DNA of 36,663 bases, from NCBI RefSeq assembly GCF_006345805.1, contig NW_021832619.1, forward strand, positions 1 through 36,663, written 5' to 3'. The notes under the pieces are model-generated. The model searched no databases. It saw nothing but the letters and a program-made list of their open reading frames with translations, and was not told where the DNA came from. Positions 36,014 to 36,663 of the stretch are shown here, one piece after another (position 1 is the stretch's first letter; each line of letters opens with the position of its first letter). Made by a program: the position numbers and the translations under genes. The stretch is from Octopus sinensis (taxonomy: Eukaryota).

Positions 36014-36231
36014 TTAATGAACAGGATGGCGGAAGAATCAGGACAAAAAGATTACAAAAATAGCGATACTCTCTTCACTTTGAAACTGGCAGTTTTGAAC
36101 ATCTTTTCAGATTACGGAACCCCCCGCTCTCTCATGTATCCATGTTTAAAATTTCAGCGTGATCGGATGAACAATACTCGAGTCATAAGCGCACAAAAAA
36201 CAGACAGACAGAACGGGATTTATATATTAGA
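36014..36231 (-). mobile_element. 5' part of a non-autonomous Helitron/DINE-1-like element
   Basis: Minus strand starts a|TCTAATATATAAATCCCG-ttctgtctgtctg...catccgatcacgctgaaatttt, i.e. TC start, (CTGT)n and a core typical of HINE/DINE-1-like elements. No 3' CTAG end seen. Confidence 0.6.
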
Positions 36232-36452
36232 TTTGCTTATATATGTGTGTGTGTGTGTGTGTGTATGTATATTCTTTTACACTGTATCGTCAAATCCCAT
36301 ATTCTGAGTAATCCTATGTTTAGCATGAACAAACACTAAATATTAGCACAATATTCAGAAATTAGGAAACTAAAATTTGAATCACGAATTACGTTACCAA
36401 GTAGCTACAGTAGGTCTATCTATCTATCTATCTACCTAGCCTTTCCCTATCC

Positions 36453-36503
<51 letters not shown>

Positions 36504-36663
36504 GTTATTATTTTTTCCCTTTCTTGATTTCCTGAAACCTCTCTCACTCTCTCTCTCTCTCTCTCTTTCTCTTTCTCTTTGTCTCTTTGTCTCTTTCTCT
36601 CTCTTTCTCTTTCTCTCTCTCTCACTCTCTCTCTTTCTCCCTACCTCGTTTTTGCTTTTCTTT

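Overview
AT-rich, microsatellite-saturated, intergenic or intronic eukaryotic DNA. The repeat inventory (tRNA-headed CORE-type SINEs, Tc1/mariner remnants, (TA)n/(TACA)n/(AAT)n tracts) suggests an octopus or other cephalopod genome; this is an inference. No intact host gene is supported, and nearly all long ORFs in the track are translations of simple repeats. Recognisable content is about 15 SINE copies from 4 families, 4 mariner and 2 Tc1/maT pseudogene fragments, 2 L1/Tx1-like LINE fragments and 2 non-autonomous Helitron-like elements. The main unexplained signal is 10 minimal type I hammerhead-ribozyme (HHR)-like folds, found by hand, in 4 unrelated short non-coding repeat families. Their sense 3' ends are anchored in (TA)n tracts. 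Three loci (8.9-9.7 kb, 19.8-20.6 kb, 30.2-30.4 kb) are head-to-head inverted dimers with one HHR per arm. Two of these share the geometry [inverted arm]+[one full unit plus 33-38 bp terminal redundancy]. This resembles non-autonomous Penelope-like/retrozyme elements with unusual catalytic-core variants (U3-A8, A6U, A6G). Coordinates were counted by hand and may be off by a few bases.
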